NCBI GenBank assembly: GCA_963793395.1
Contig: CAWCAP010000009.1
Span: 128,179 to 192,178, forward strand
Reading direction: 5' to 3'
Origin: Bryobacterales bacterium
GTDB taxonomy: Bacteria; Acidobacteriota; Terriglobia; Bryobacterales; Bryobacteraceae
Length of the DNA stretch: 64,000 bases
Part shown: in pieces, positions 1-8,812 of the stretch
Layout of the letters: every line of letters begins with the position of its first letter
How positions within the stretch are numbered: the stretch's first letter is position 1
Notes under the pieces: model-generated
Databases searched by the model: none
Told to the model about the DNA's origin: nothing
What the model saw: the letters and a program-made list of their open reading frames with translations, nothing else
Made by a program: the position numbers and the translations under genes

Positions 1-362
1 GTTCGGGTAGCGCCGTCCTTGCCGTTCACGCTGGGGGTCACCGTCATAGGAATGGTGGGACCAGCCGGAGCAGCGTTCTTTTGCTGCGTCACCGGAACCG
101 CCTTCTGGAAGATCGCCGGGGAGGCCTTGCCGGCGCGCGTCGACATAATGGAGAGCGTCAGCGAAGTCACCATAAACAAGGCCGCTGCTATGGTGGTGGC
201 CTTCGATAATACCGTGGCCGAACCGCGCGGACCAAATACTGTCTGCGATCCCATGCCGCCGAACGCACCAGCCAGATCGGCCGCCTTGCCGCTTTGCAGC
301 AGCACTACGATGGCCAGGAACAAACACACAATGACGTGCACAATTGTAATTAAAATGGTCAT
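1..362 (-). CDS. secG: Preprotein translocase subunit SecG (C-terminal end runs off the window start)
   Basis: Minus-strand ATG at 360-362. My translation is MTILITIVHVIVCLFLAIVVLLQSGKAADLAGAFGGMGSQTVFGPRGSATVLSKATTIAAALFMVTSL... This has the SecG layout: TM1, LLQxGK...FGG loop, TM2. It is absent from the ORF track because there is no stop inside the window. The listed + ORF 19..390 is its antisense shadow. Confidence 0.7.
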   Translation of the reverse strand, partial: MTILITIVHVIVCLFLAIVVLLQSGKAADLAGAFGGMGSQTVFGPRGSATVLSKATTIAAALFMVTSLTLSIMSTRAGKASPAIFQKAVPVTQQKNAAPAGPTIPMTVTPSVNGKDGATR

Positions 363-439
363 ACGGCGATCCCAGGAAAGAAAATCTTAACCCCCATCGT
401 AACACGGGTCCGGTCCCGCGGCGGATCGGCCAAACCCTA

Positions 440-1609
440 TCATTTATAAGCCGGGATGCCCGTGACCCGCTCCCCGATCACCAGCGCGTGTATATGATCG
501 GTGCCTTCGTAGGTCTTGACGGTTTCCAGATTACACATGTGGCGCATGATCGGATACTCGTCCATGATGCCGTTGGCGCCTAGCAGGTCGCGAGCCGCGC
601 GGGCGCAATCGAGCGCCATGGCCACGTTGTTACGCTTCAACATGGATATGTGCGCCGCATCCGTCTGCCCCCGATCCTTGAGCCGCCCGACATGCAGAGC
701 CAACAGTTGCGCCTTCGTGATTTCCGTGATCATATCGGCGAGCTTCTCCTGCACCAATTGATGCGAGGCAATGGGGCGTCCCTCGAATTGCTTGCGCAGC
801 ACGGAATAGGAGCGCGCTGTCTCATAGCAATCCATGGCGGCGCCGATCACTCCCCAGCCGATGCCGTAGCGGGCCTGCGTCAGGCACGACAGCGGAGCGC
901 GCAGTCCCTTGGCTTGCGGAAGCAACGCACTATCGGGCACGCGGCAATTATGGAACGCGAGACTCGAAGTCACCGACGCCCGCATCGACAGCTTTCCGTG
1001 TATTTCGGAGGCAGTGAACCCAGGAGTCCCGCGCTCCACCAGAAATCCACGGATGCCATCCTCGGCGCGGGCCCACACCACGGCGAAGTCCGCCACGCTG
1101 CCATTAGTGATCCAGGTTTTCTCGCCGTCGAGCACCCATTCTGAACCGTCGCGCCGTGCGGTGGTCAGCATACCCGCGGGGTTCGAACCGAATCCGGGCT
1201 CGGTAAGTCCGAAGCACCCGATAGCCTCTCCGGCTTGCAGCTTGGGGAGCCAACGCTGCTTCTGTTCGTCGCTGCCGAAGGTCAGGATCGGATACATCAC
1301 CAGCGCGCTCTGCACGCTGACAAAGCTGCGCAGGCCGGAGTCGCCGCGCTCGATCTCCTGCATCACCAGCCCGTATTCCACGTTGTTCATCCCGGCGCAG
1401 CCATAGCCGTCGAGGTTCGCGCCCAGGAAGCCCAGGCGGCCTAACTCGGGGATGAGTTCTGAAGGGAAGCGTCCCTCGCGAAAGCAATCGCGGACCAGCG
1501 GCGCGACACGCTCGTCGACGAACTGGCGCGCGGTTTGCCGCACCAGCAGTTCCTGTTCGGAGAACTGCGAGTCGATCATTAAGTAGTCAACGCCGGGGAA
1601 TCGGGGCAT
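440..1609 (-). CDS. Acyl-CoA dehydrogenase (glutaryl-CoA dehydrogenase-like)
   Basis: 389-aa ORF with typical ACAD blocks (GCFGLTEPGFGSNP, GEKTWITNG, C-terminal YEGTDHIHALVIGERVTG). Confidence 0.9.
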   Translation of the reverse strand: MPRFPGVDYLMIDSQFSEQELLVRQTARQFVDERVAPLVRDCFREGRFPSELIPELGRLGFLGANLDGYGCAGMNNVEYGLVMQEIERGDSGLRSFVSVQSALVMYPILTFGSDEQKQRWLPKLQAGEAIGCFGLTEPGFGSNPAGMLTTARRDGSEWVLDGEKTWITNGSVADFAVVWARAEDGIRGFLVERGTPGFTASEIHGKLSMRASVTSSLAFHNCRVPDSALLPQAKGLRAPLSCLTQARYGIGWGVIGAAMDCYETARSYSVLRKQFEGRPIASHQLVQEKLADMITEITKAQLLALHVGRLKDRGQTDAAHISMLKRNNVAMALDCARAARDLLGANGIMDEYPIMRHMCNLETVKTYEGTDHIHALVIGERVTGIPAYK

Positions 1610-1733
1610 GCGGGTTTATTTTAGCGCGCGGCCCGGGGCGCCGCCCATTATCGGCGCGTTTGGCGGGCGAAATTTCCGTGTAGGCGTGGTATCGTACCGG
1701 AGAGAGCAAAGCTATCTCAATAAGGAGGGAAGC

Positions 1734-2213
1734 ATGACTCGTATTCTGGCGCTGCGGCGCTTATCCCTGGCCGCACTGGTGGCCGGTTCGTTCGTATGGC
1801 TCGGTGCGGTGCAGGCCGACGTCGATCCTTCGGTCGCAAGTTTCGTGAATCTGAAAGATGTTAAGTGGAAGGAAAACGCGAGTGGCTCTGCCGCGTCATT
1901 CCTGGTTTCCGGCGATCCCACTAAAGAAGGAAGCCTGTACGTTCAACTCATGAAGTGGCATCCACACCACAACAGCACGCCGCATTTTCATCCGCACGAC
2001 CGCTTCATCACGGTTCTCTCGGGGACCTGGTGGGTAGGCACGGGCGCGAACTACGATATGAACACCACCACGCCGATGCACGCTGGCGCGGTCGTCACGC
2101 ATTATGCGAACGGCATCCACTATGATGGCGCCAAAGATGAAGAGGCGGTGCTTGAGATCGTAGGAATTGGAACCGCCGCGTCAAAACCTGCCCCCGGCTT
2201 TAAGCCGGAATAG
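1734..2213 (+). CDS. Secreted cupin-domain protein
   Basis: Internal ATG at 1734 is preceded by AAGGAGG and followed by a signal peptide (MTRILALRRLSLAALVAGSFVWLGAVQA). His-rich cupin-like core (HFHPHDRF...HYANGIHYDG). The upstream part of ORF 1608..2213 overlaps the ACAD start and is probably not translated. Confidence 0.65.
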   Translation: MTRILALRRLSLAALVAGSFVWLGAVQADVDPSVASFVNLKDVKWKENASGSAASFLVSGDPTKEGSLYVQLMKWHPHHNSTPHFHPHDRFITVLSGTWWVGTGANYDMNTTTPMHAGAVVTHYANGIHYDGAKDEEAVLEIVGIGTAASKPAPGFKPE

Positions 2214-2248
2214 TCACCAAAATTAGGGAGCGACACTCTTGCTTTTTT

Positions 2249-2272
2249 GCGGGCCGGGCGAATCCGGCCCGC
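2249..2272. terminator. Perfect 9-bp GC hairpin between convergent genes (possible terminator)
   Basis: GCGGGCCGG-gcgaat-CCGGCCCGC, with a TTTTTT run directly upstream on the + strand (an A-run downstream on the - strand). It lies between the cupin gene (+) and the YtxH gene (-). There is no canonical 3' U-tract on either strand. Confidence 0.3.
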
Positions 2273-2298
2273 ACGGGCTCTACGGACTTTCCGGGATA

Positions 2299-2583
2299 CT
2301 AAGGAGTGGTTTGCACTGCCTCCCGGTAAGTTTGAACACCGGCATCGACGGCGGCGCTCAAATTGTCCGCGTTCTGTTTGATCACTTTTTTCCCGCGATT
2401 GATTGCTTCCGACGCGGTGTCGCGCGCGTTCGCTGCCCGCGACGCCACATAATCTGTGCTCTCCCCGGCCTTCGAACGCAGGAACTTACGCGTGTCCGGT
2501 CCCGATTTCGGAGCAAGCAGCACGGCCGCCGCTGCGCCCAGTGCGGCTCCGATTCCAAAGTATACAAATTCGTTTGAGTCCAT
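2299..2583 (-). CDS. YtxH domain-containing protein
   Basis: Start at the internal ATG (MDSNEFVYFGIGAALGAAAAVLLAPKSGPDTRKFL...). It has a YtxH-type N-terminal glycine-zipper helix followed by APxSGxxTR. Confidence 0.7.
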   Translation of the reverse strand: MDSNEFVYFGIGAALGAAAAVLLAPKSGPDTRKFLRSKAGESTDYVASRAANARDTASEAINRGKKVIKQNADNLSAAVDAGVQTYREAVQTTP

Positions 2584-3034
2584 AGTTATTTTTACTCCTC
2601 CGCGTTGATGCTGCACTTCGCAGGCCATCGTGTCCGGATGGCGCTGGCAGCCCGAACTCGGCCGAATGGTACTAAAACTGCATCGGCGTAGAGTAAGCCC
2701 GGTGTAGGCGAGCGTAGCCGCTTTCCATTAGGTTGAAGGGAGAAGTCACATGCTAGGTTACGGATTAGCTGGACCCGTTATTGTCATTATGTTGGTGGTG
2801 TGGTTCGTGCACGGTTTGTAGGCTACTGACTTTCCATGTGAGTCATGATATTGGCTCTCTGTGGATTCCTGCTGGCGGGGAGCGCAGGCGCATTCTTGTT
2901 CTACGTTTCCACCTTGTCGAAACAGCGGCGGCGTGTCGTCGCGACGGTCCATAGTCATTTGACCGGCAGCGGTCAAAACTCGCTGAGGATAGACCGGGAC
3001 TGATCAAGCCAAAGTTTTTTGCGAAGATTGAAGC

Positions 3035-3862
3035 TTGATCCTCAGACGGGTTCGGGACGCCATCTTCGGAGTTGCCGTGGCGGCGATAGCGCTGACACTT
3101 TGCCCCACGCCGGCGGGAGCGCAGTCCTCCGCCTACCAAATCCTGCGAACTAAGGATGGCAAGCCGGATCTGAGCGGAATCTGGCAGGTGCTCAGTACCG
3201 CAAACTGGGATTTGCAAGCGCACGCGGCGCAGGCTGGACACGTGGTTGCACTCGGCGCGCAAGGGGCTGAACCGGCCGGCATCGGCGTCGTCGAAGGAGG
3301 CGAGATTCCCTATCTCCCGGCGGCGCTGGCGCAGAAAAAAACCAACTACGAAAAGCGTTTCACCGATGACCCGGAAATAAAGTGCTACATGCCGGGAGTG
3401 CCGCGCGCCACTTATCTGCCGTTTCCCTTTCAAATTTTGCAGAGCCAGAAGGTGATCCAGATCTCCTACGAATTCGCGGCCGCCGCGCGGACGATATTCA
3501 TGCAGAAAATGCCGCCCGCCCCGCTCGATTCGTGGATGGGGCAATCGGTTGGACATTGGGAGGGCGACACATTAGTAGTAGATGTAACGGGTCTGGTCGA
3601 CCAAACCTGGTTCGACCGGGCAGGGGATTTCCATAGCGATGCGCTGCACGTCGTCGAACGTTATACGCCTGTCAGCCGCGACGTGCTGAAGTACGAAGCC
3701 ACTATTGAAGATCCGAAAGTGTTTTCGCGCCCGTGGAAAATCAGCATGCCGCTTTACCGCCACGTGGAGAAAGATGCCAGGCTAATGGAATTCCGTTGCG
3801 CGCAATTTGTCGAAGAACTTTTGTACGGCCAGTACCGCAAGACGCCCGCCACGTCGAAGTAG
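3035..3862 (+). CDS. Secreted protein of unknown function, paralogue A1 of a 5-member family in this window
   Basis: TTG start and a signal peptide ending in AGAQ. Family motifs present: KDGKPDLSGIWQ, GHWEGDTLVVDVT, FHSDALHVVERYT, EDPKVFSRPW. Confidence 0.75.
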   Translation: MILRRVRDAIFGVAVAAIALTLCPTPAGAQSSAYQILRTKDGKPDLSGIWQVLSTANWDLQAHAAQAGHVVALGAQGAEPAGIGVVEGGEIPYLPAALAQKKTNYEKRFTDDPEIKCYMPGVPRATYLPFPFQILQSQKVIQISYEFAAAARTIFMQKMPPAPLDSWMGQSVGHWEGDTLVVDVTGLVDQTWFDRAGDFHSDALHVVERYTPVSRDVLKYEATIEDPKVFSRPWKISMPLYRHVEKDARLMEFRCAQFVEELLYGQYRKTPATSK

Positions 3863-3881
3863 GGCGTGGCGAAGGAGTGCT

Positions 3882-4871
3882 ATGAGATTTGCGATCCTCA
3901 TCATCATCACCATCGGCGCAGCGTTCGGGCAACCTGCGGCGAAAAAGGCGTGGACTGCGCCGCGCACACCGGACGGCCAGCCGGATCTGCAAGGAATCTG
4001 GAACAGCGCCACCGGCACCCCCATCGAACGGCCCGATGAACTCAAGGGCAAGGAATTTTTCTCTCCACAAGAGGCGCGCGACTGGGAAAAAACCATGCAG
4101 GCGCGCAATCGCAAAGACGGCAAAGCGGACGACCCGGGAGTTCCCGGTACCTACAATGACGCGTTTTGGGAGATGGGGACCAAGGCTGCGAAGACCCTGC
4201 GAACTTCCATCGTGATCGATCCGCCGGATGGGAAAATGCCCGCGCTGACCCCTGCGGCGGCGGCCGTGCGGCAGCAGAAGATCGACAGGATTTTTCATCC
4301 CGATGGACCGGAGGATTTAGGCTTGGGCGATCAGTGCCTCATGTTCTCCACCGGCGCGCCGCCGATGCTGCCTTACAACTACAACAGCAACTACCGCATC
4401 GTGCAGACCAAGGATTACGTTGCGATCTACGTCGAGATGGTGCATGACACGCGCATTATTCCTGTCGTCAAGAGTATGGACGGCCGCAAGCATCTGCCTT
4501 CGAACGTGCGCCTCTGGTACGGCGATTCTATCGGCCATTGGGAAGGCGACACGCTGGTGGTCGACACCACCAACTTCATTCCCAAGAGTCAGTTTTATTT
4601 TCAGCTTCCTTATCAAGTCACCACCGGACCCATGGCTGACGAGAATATGCACGTCGTCGAGCGCTTCCGTAGGTTGGACGCCGATACCATCCTCTATCAA
4701 TTCGATGTGGATGATCCGACCGTCTTTGTGAGGCCGTGGAAAGGCGAGTACACAATGTCGGCCGCGCCCGGGCCTATCTATGAATACGCGTGCCACGAGG
4801 GCAATTACGGTTTGCCGGATGTACTCAAGGGCGCGCGTGCCCAGGAGAAAGCCGCTGCGGCCGCCAAATAG
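3882..4871 (+). CDS. Secreted protein of unknown function, paralogue B1 of the same family
   Basis: ATG at 3882 after GAAGGAG. Signal peptide MRFAILIIITIGAAFGQ. Motifs PDGQPDLQGIWN, GHWEGDTLVVDTT, MHVVERF, DDPTVFVRPW, YACHEGN. Confidence 0.75.
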   Translation: MRFAILIIITIGAAFGQPAAKKAWTAPRTPDGQPDLQGIWNSATGTPIERPDELKGKEFFSPQEARDWEKTMQARNRKDGKADDPGVPGTYNDAFWEMGTKAAKTLRTSIVIDPPDGKMPALTPAAAAVRQQKIDRIFHPDGPEDLGLGDQCLMFSTGAPPMLPYNYNSNYRIVQTKDYVAIYVEMVHDTRIIPVVKSMDGRKHLPSNVRLWYGDSIGHWEGDTLVVDTTNFIPKSQFYFQLPYQVTTGPMADENMHVVERFRRLDADTILYQFDVDDPTVFVRPWKGEYTMSAAPGPIYEYACHEGNYGLPDVLKGARAQEKAAAAAK

Positions 4872-4892
4872 AACGCTTAGTTTTTAGGCGCT

Positions 4893-5633
4893 TTAATCCG
4901 GCCTTCCCACAGAGCTCTTGTTATTCTCCTCGCAGGAGAACTCCATGATTTCCCAATCCGGACGCAGCGTGAACATGCGGGTATTTTTCCACGGCCTGGT
5001 ATAAGTCTTGGGATCGTCAACCGTGATCTCGAGAGCCATGTGCCCCAGATCCTTGCGCGTCCAGCGCTGCGTGACATGCAACTGGTCGCTGTGCGGATGG
5101 CCGGCCGAATCCGCCTTGGTCTTGCCATTGAAATTCACGGTATCGATCACCAGCGTGTCGCCTTCCCAATGCCCCACGGAGTCGCCCGCCCAAGTAGCAA
5201 TCTGCTTGCGATGCGGACGGCCGTCGATGGGCACCACCTGAAACCAGTTGTCGGTTTCAAAATCGAAAGAGACGTATTTATTGTTCTGCACCAGTTGAAT
5301 CGGAAACGGTGCGCTGATGGAACGGAGCAGGCCATGGGGCAGGCAAGCTCCCGTCGCATCGCCATCTTCGGCGTTATAGTTTTTCCACTCGGCGAGTCCC
5401 CAGGCAGTGAACGGCAATTCCCCGGCGCCGACTTGATCGCGGCCGCTCTTGGACATGTCACCGACGAATGGATGGTCCCACACGCCGCTGAGGTCGGGCT
5501 TGCCGTCGGCCATGCGCGGCACCGGACCCTCGGGAGGTTTGAATCCGTCGCTCTGCGCGAACGCCGGAAGCGCCATCAGCGCCAGCAGCGCGGTTGAAAG
5601 AAAGACAGATCGCGAGCCCATGGAGAACCTCAC
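4893..5633 (-). CDS. Secreted protein of unknown function, paralogue C of the same family
   Basis: Signal peptide ...ALPAFAQ. Motifs ADGKPDLSGVWD, GHWEGDTLVIDTV, HSDQLHVTQRW, DDPKTYTRPW. Its start overlaps the stop of the upstream small gene. Confidence 0.75.
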   Translation of the reverse strand: MRFSMGSRSVFLSTALLALMALPAFAQSDGFKPPEGPVPRMADGKPDLSGVWDHPFVGDMSKSGRDQVGAGELPFTAWGLAEWKNYNAEDGDATGACLPHGLLRSISAPFPIQLVQNNKYVSFDFETDNWFQVVPIDGRPHRKQIATWAGDSVGHWEGDTLVIDTVNFNGKTKADSAGHPHSDQLHVTQRWTRKDLGHMALEITVDDPKTYTRPWKNTRMFTLRPDWEIMEFSCEENNKSSVGRPD

Positions 5634-6016
5634 TTGTACTCGTTATTGGACGAGCCTGCGAAGACGCTCTTGCCGTCGGGCATCTTCACGGAACGCGTGT
5701 TGCAGGTCTTCGAGCCGTCCTTCGCGAGCCAGCCATCCAGCGATACCTGGTCACCGGGCTTGAGCGAATCTTTGCTCCAGCCGGCCCGCGTGAGCGTGTT
5801 GGGGGCGCCGCCTTCGCACTGCCACTTCACAACGTTGCCGGCTTCGTCCTTCACATCCAAATACATCCAGATATGAGGGTTGGTCCATTCAACCTTGGTG
5901 ATGGTGCCGTCGAGCTTGACGGGTTTCTTGCCATCGAACTCCGCCGCGAAGGAGTGATGCGCCAGCGCCGGGATAGCCGCCACACACGCCACGGCCGCAA
6001 GCATCGCAATCTTCAT
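5630..6016 (-). CDS. Small secreted DUF6152-like protein (mature N-terminus His-His)
   Basis: ATG at 6014-6016. MKIAMLAAVACVAAIPALA|HHSFAAEFDGKKPVKLDGTITKVEWTNPHIWMYLDV... It is a paralogue of 8416..8805. The family name comes from my recollection of DUF6152 sequences (AHHSF..FD...V.L.G.V..W.NPH). Confidence 0.7.
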   Translation of the reverse strand: MKIAMLAAVACVAAIPALAHHSFAAEFDGKKPVKLDGTITKVEWTNPHIWMYLDVKDEAGNVVKWQCEGGAPNTLTRAGWSKDSLKPGDQVSLDGWLAKDGSKTCNTRSVKMPDGKSVFAGSSNNEYK

Positions 6017-6173
6017 TTCCCTGAACCTCCACCGGAACGACGTTATCAACATAAACGTTAGCAACCGTGGCCGCTAGAGTCCAGCCCCGTGGAGCGCGGC
6101 CCGGATGTAGAATAAACCTGATACAGGGCACGCGTTTTGTGTTCTGGCCAGGTAGCTTCCATTAGGAGGGACC

Positions 6174-8414
6174 ATGCTGAAGCACTATTCCGCGAGCATC
6201 GTTCTTGGAGCGTGCGCGTTCGCGGCGACCGCTGCCGCCGAGACAGATTCAAAAGTCGATTTCGGCCGCGACGTGCTGCCCTTGATCCGGCAAAATTGCA
6301 TCGCCTGTCACGGACCCAACGTGCAGATGAACAACTTCCGGCTGGATCGCCGCAGTACCGCGATGCGGGGAGGCACGCGCTCGGTGATCGTGCCGGGCAG
6401 CTCGGCATCCAGCCGCCTCTACTTGCGGCTAAGCGGCGATCAGTTTGGGAGGCAAATGCCGCCTACGGGGGCTTTGAATCCCGAACAAGTGGCCGTGTTT
6501 AAGAACTGGATCGATCAAGGGGCCGAGTGGCCTGACGCGTTGGCGAACGATGTAGATCCGCCTCCCGCCGATGCGAAAGCAGTGCGGATGGTGATGGCGC
6601 TGCGATCCGGCGACGCCGCAACTTTCAATAAATTTGTTGCGGAAGATCCGAAGTCTCTTAACCTGCGCGGCCCCAACGGCTCGACCCCTTTCATGTTTGC
6701 GGCGCTCTATTCCGATGCTGCAACTGTTCGCGAGCTACTCGACAAAGGAGCCGACCCGAATCAGCGCAATGACGCGAACGCGACTGCTCTCATGTGGGCG
6801 GCGAACGATCTTGAAAAGACGCGGGTGCTGGTGGCGCATGGCGCTCAAGTGAACGCGCGCTCAAACGACGGGCGATCGGCGCTGGCCATCGCGGCGACTA
6901 AGGCCGGGGCTGCGCCCATCGTGAAGTTTCTGCTGGAGCACGGCGCAAATCCCGATCCGGCTGGTCCGACGGATACCGCCGCGCTTCATCAAGCCGCCGC
7001 GGCTGGGGACGCCGAAGTCATGCAACTGTTGATCGACCACGGCGCGCATCCTAAAGCCGCTGGCGAAGACACGTTGGCCGCCGCGATCGAAAACGATTGC
7101 AAGAAGTGCATTGAACTCGTTGAAAAGAGCTTCGATGCGAAGGCGTACAGCACTGCGCTGGTCGATCTCTCGATTCACAGCGAGCGCTATGACGGGATCA
7201 AATTTGCAGTGGAGCATGGCGCGAATGTGAAAGCGGCCGATGTCGAGGGCCGCACGCCGCTGCTGTTCGCGGCCAATTCCGACTTGCTTCCTTTGAATAC
7301 CGTCAAATTGCTGATCGATCATGGAGCCGACGTCAATGCCAAAAACATCTACGGCAACACGCCGCTGTATTTGGCCAAACTGCACGGCGATACGCCGATT
7401 GTCGATCTGTTACTCAAATCCGGCGCCAAGCCGGAGCCCATCGCCGACCCGGCCCTAAAGTTTCAAAAGGCGAACACCATTCAGAGCGCCGTTGAGCGAG
7501 CCATCCCGCGCTTGCAACGCGCCGACATCAGCTTTTTGCAGCAGTCAGGCTGTGTCTCCTGCCATAACGAAGCCTTGACCGACATGACGCTTTCGACAGT
7601 CCGCAGCGCCGGATTCAAAGTCGACGAGCCGATGGCGGCGAAGGAAGTCAGCGGCGTGGCACAGTTCTTCGAGCTATGGCGCGACCGTCTGTACCAGGGC
7701 AATGCTCCGGGAGGCGTTGCATATTCGTTGGTTGGATTGCACGCCGAGCACTACCCGGCAGATCTCGTTACCGACGCGGTCGCTCGCTACATCGCGGTGA
7801 AGCAATTTCCCGACGGCCATTGGGGATACGGTTGCGGCGGCTCGCGGGCTCCGCTGTGTGGCGCGGAAATCTCGAACACGGCACTATCGATGCATGCCTT
7901 GCAATTTTACGCGCCCGTCACCGGCCGCGCCGAATACGACAAAGTCATTCAGATGGCCGGAGCATGGCTGGTCGAGGCGCCTTCGAAAACTAACGAAGAT
8001 CGGACCTATAAAGTTTTCGGTCTGGCTTGGGCCAAGGCGGACAAACGCGCTCTTCAGCAGGCGATGAAGGAATTGCTGGCCACGCAGCGGGCCGACGGCG
8101 GATGGTCCGATATCGCCAGCATGAATAGCACGGCTTACGCGACCGGCGAGGCTATGGTGGCGCTGCACGAAGCGGGCTTGCCGGTGTCAGATTCCGCGTA
8201 TCAGCGCGGAGTGAAGTATCTGCTGTCAACGCAGCTCGAAGACGGCTCGTGGTACATCAAGACGCATTCGCAGGCAGTGCAGCCGTACTTCGACGTGGGC
8301 TTCCCGCACGGGTTCGATCAATGGATTTCGGCGTGCGGCACTAACTGGGCCACGATGGCTCTGGCGCTGGCCGCGCCCGAGACGCATGCGGTTACCGCGC
8401 AGGTGGTGCGCTGA
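6174..8414 (+). CDS. Multidomain secreted protein: PSCyt1-type cytochrome c domain, ankyrin repeats, second CXXCH, terpenoid-cyclase/prenyltransferase-like repeats
   Basis: GGAGGG lies before the ATG, and a signal peptide is present. CIACH at 6297-6311 sits in a Planctomycete-cytochrome-C-like context (VLPLIRQNCIACHGP...PP). There are at least 6 ankyrin-like repeats (e.g. GRTPLLFAA...LLIDHGADVNAKN). CVSCH is at 7551-7565. The C-terminus has QxxDGGW/DGSW repeats (LATQRADGGWSD, LSTQLEDGSWY). Confidence 0.85.
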   Translation: MLKHYSASIVLGACAFAATAAAETDSKVDFGRDVLPLIRQNCIACHGPNVQMNNFRLDRRSTAMRGGTRSVIVPGSSASSRLYLRLSGDQFGRQMPPTGALNPEQVAVFKNWIDQGAEWPDALANDVDPPPADAKAVRMVMALRSGDAATFNKFVAEDPKSLNLRGPNGSTPFMFAALYSDAATVRELLDKGADPNQRNDANATALMWAANDLEKTRVLVAHGAQVNARSNDGRSALAIAATKAGAAPIVKFLLEHGANPDPAGPTDTAALHQAAAAGDAEVMQLLIDHGAHPKAAGEDTLAAAIENDCKKCIELVEKSFDAKAYSTALVDLSIHSERYDGIKFAVEHGANVKAADVEGRTPLLFAANSDLLPLNTVKLLIDHGADVNAKNIYGNTPLYLAKLHGDTPIVDLLLKSGAKPEPIADPALKFQKANTIQSAVERAIPRLQRADISFLQQSGCVSCHNEALTDMTLSTVRSAGFKVDEPMAAKEVSGVAQFFELWRDRLYQGNAPGGVAYSLVGLHAEHYPADLVTDAVARYIAVKQFPDGHWGYGCGGSRAPLCGAEISNTALSMHALQFYAPVTGRAEYDKVIQMAGAWLVEAPSKTNEDRTYKVFGLAWAKADKRALQQAMKELLATQRADGGWSDIASMNSTAYATGEAMVALHEAGLPVSDSAYQRGVKYLLSTQLEDGSWYIKTHSQAVQPYFDVGFPHGFDQWISACGTNWATMALALAAPETHAVTAQVVR

Positions 8415-8415
8415 T

Positions 8416-8805
8416 ATGAAGCGCCTGTTAAGCGTCGGGTTGGTGCTGTGTGCATTGCCGGCCTTCGGCCATCACTCGTTCTCCGCCGAATACGATATCG
8501 ACAAACCGGTCACCATCAAAGGAACGCTGACGAAACTCGATTGGGTGAATCCGCACGGCTGGATTTACATCGACGTGAAGGGCGAGGATGGCAAAGTCAC
8601 CAACTGGGCCGTTGAATTCGGCGCGCCCAACGCTTTGCTTCGGCGCGGCTTGCGCAAGACGGATTTCCCGGTCGGCGTAGAGGTGACGGTGAAGGGATAC
8701 CGCGCCAAGAGTGGAGGCCAAAACGTGAATGGCACCAGCGTCACACTCCCAGATGGGCGCAATCTCTACACGGGGTCGTCGGCGAATGGTCTGCCGACGG
8801 AGTAA
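8416..8805 (+). CDS. Small secreted DUF6152-like protein (mature N-terminus His-His)
   Basis: ATG at 8416, one nt after the stop of the 746-aa gene. MKRLLSVGLVLCALPAFG|HHSFSAEYDIDKPVTIKGTLTKLDWVNPHGWIYIDV... Confidence 0.75.
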   Translation: MKRLLSVGLVLCALPAFGHHSFSAEYDIDKPVTIKGTLTKLDWVNPHGWIYIDVKGEDGKVTNWAVEFGAPNALLRRGLRKTDFPVGVEVTVKGYRAKSGGQNVNGTSVTLPDGRNLYTGSSANGLPTE

Positions 8806-8812
8806 AGCGGCA

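Noticed and set aside
19-390. Listed + strand ORF of 123 aa at the window start.
   Set aside because: Its composition is not protein-like. The opposite strand encodes a clear SecG, so this ORF is an antisense shadow.
1177-1194. T-arm-like sequence GGGGTTCGAACCGAATCC, which could hint at a tRNA.
   Set aside because: It lies inside the well-supported acyl-CoA dehydrogenase coding frame. No acceptor or anticodon stems can be built around it. I found no tRNA-like cloverleaf in any intergenic region.
1608-1733. N-terminal 42-codon extension of the cupin ORF.
   Set aside because: It overlaps the divergent ACAD start. It lacks an RBS. The internal ATG at 1734 has AAGGAGG upstream and is followed by a signal peptide.
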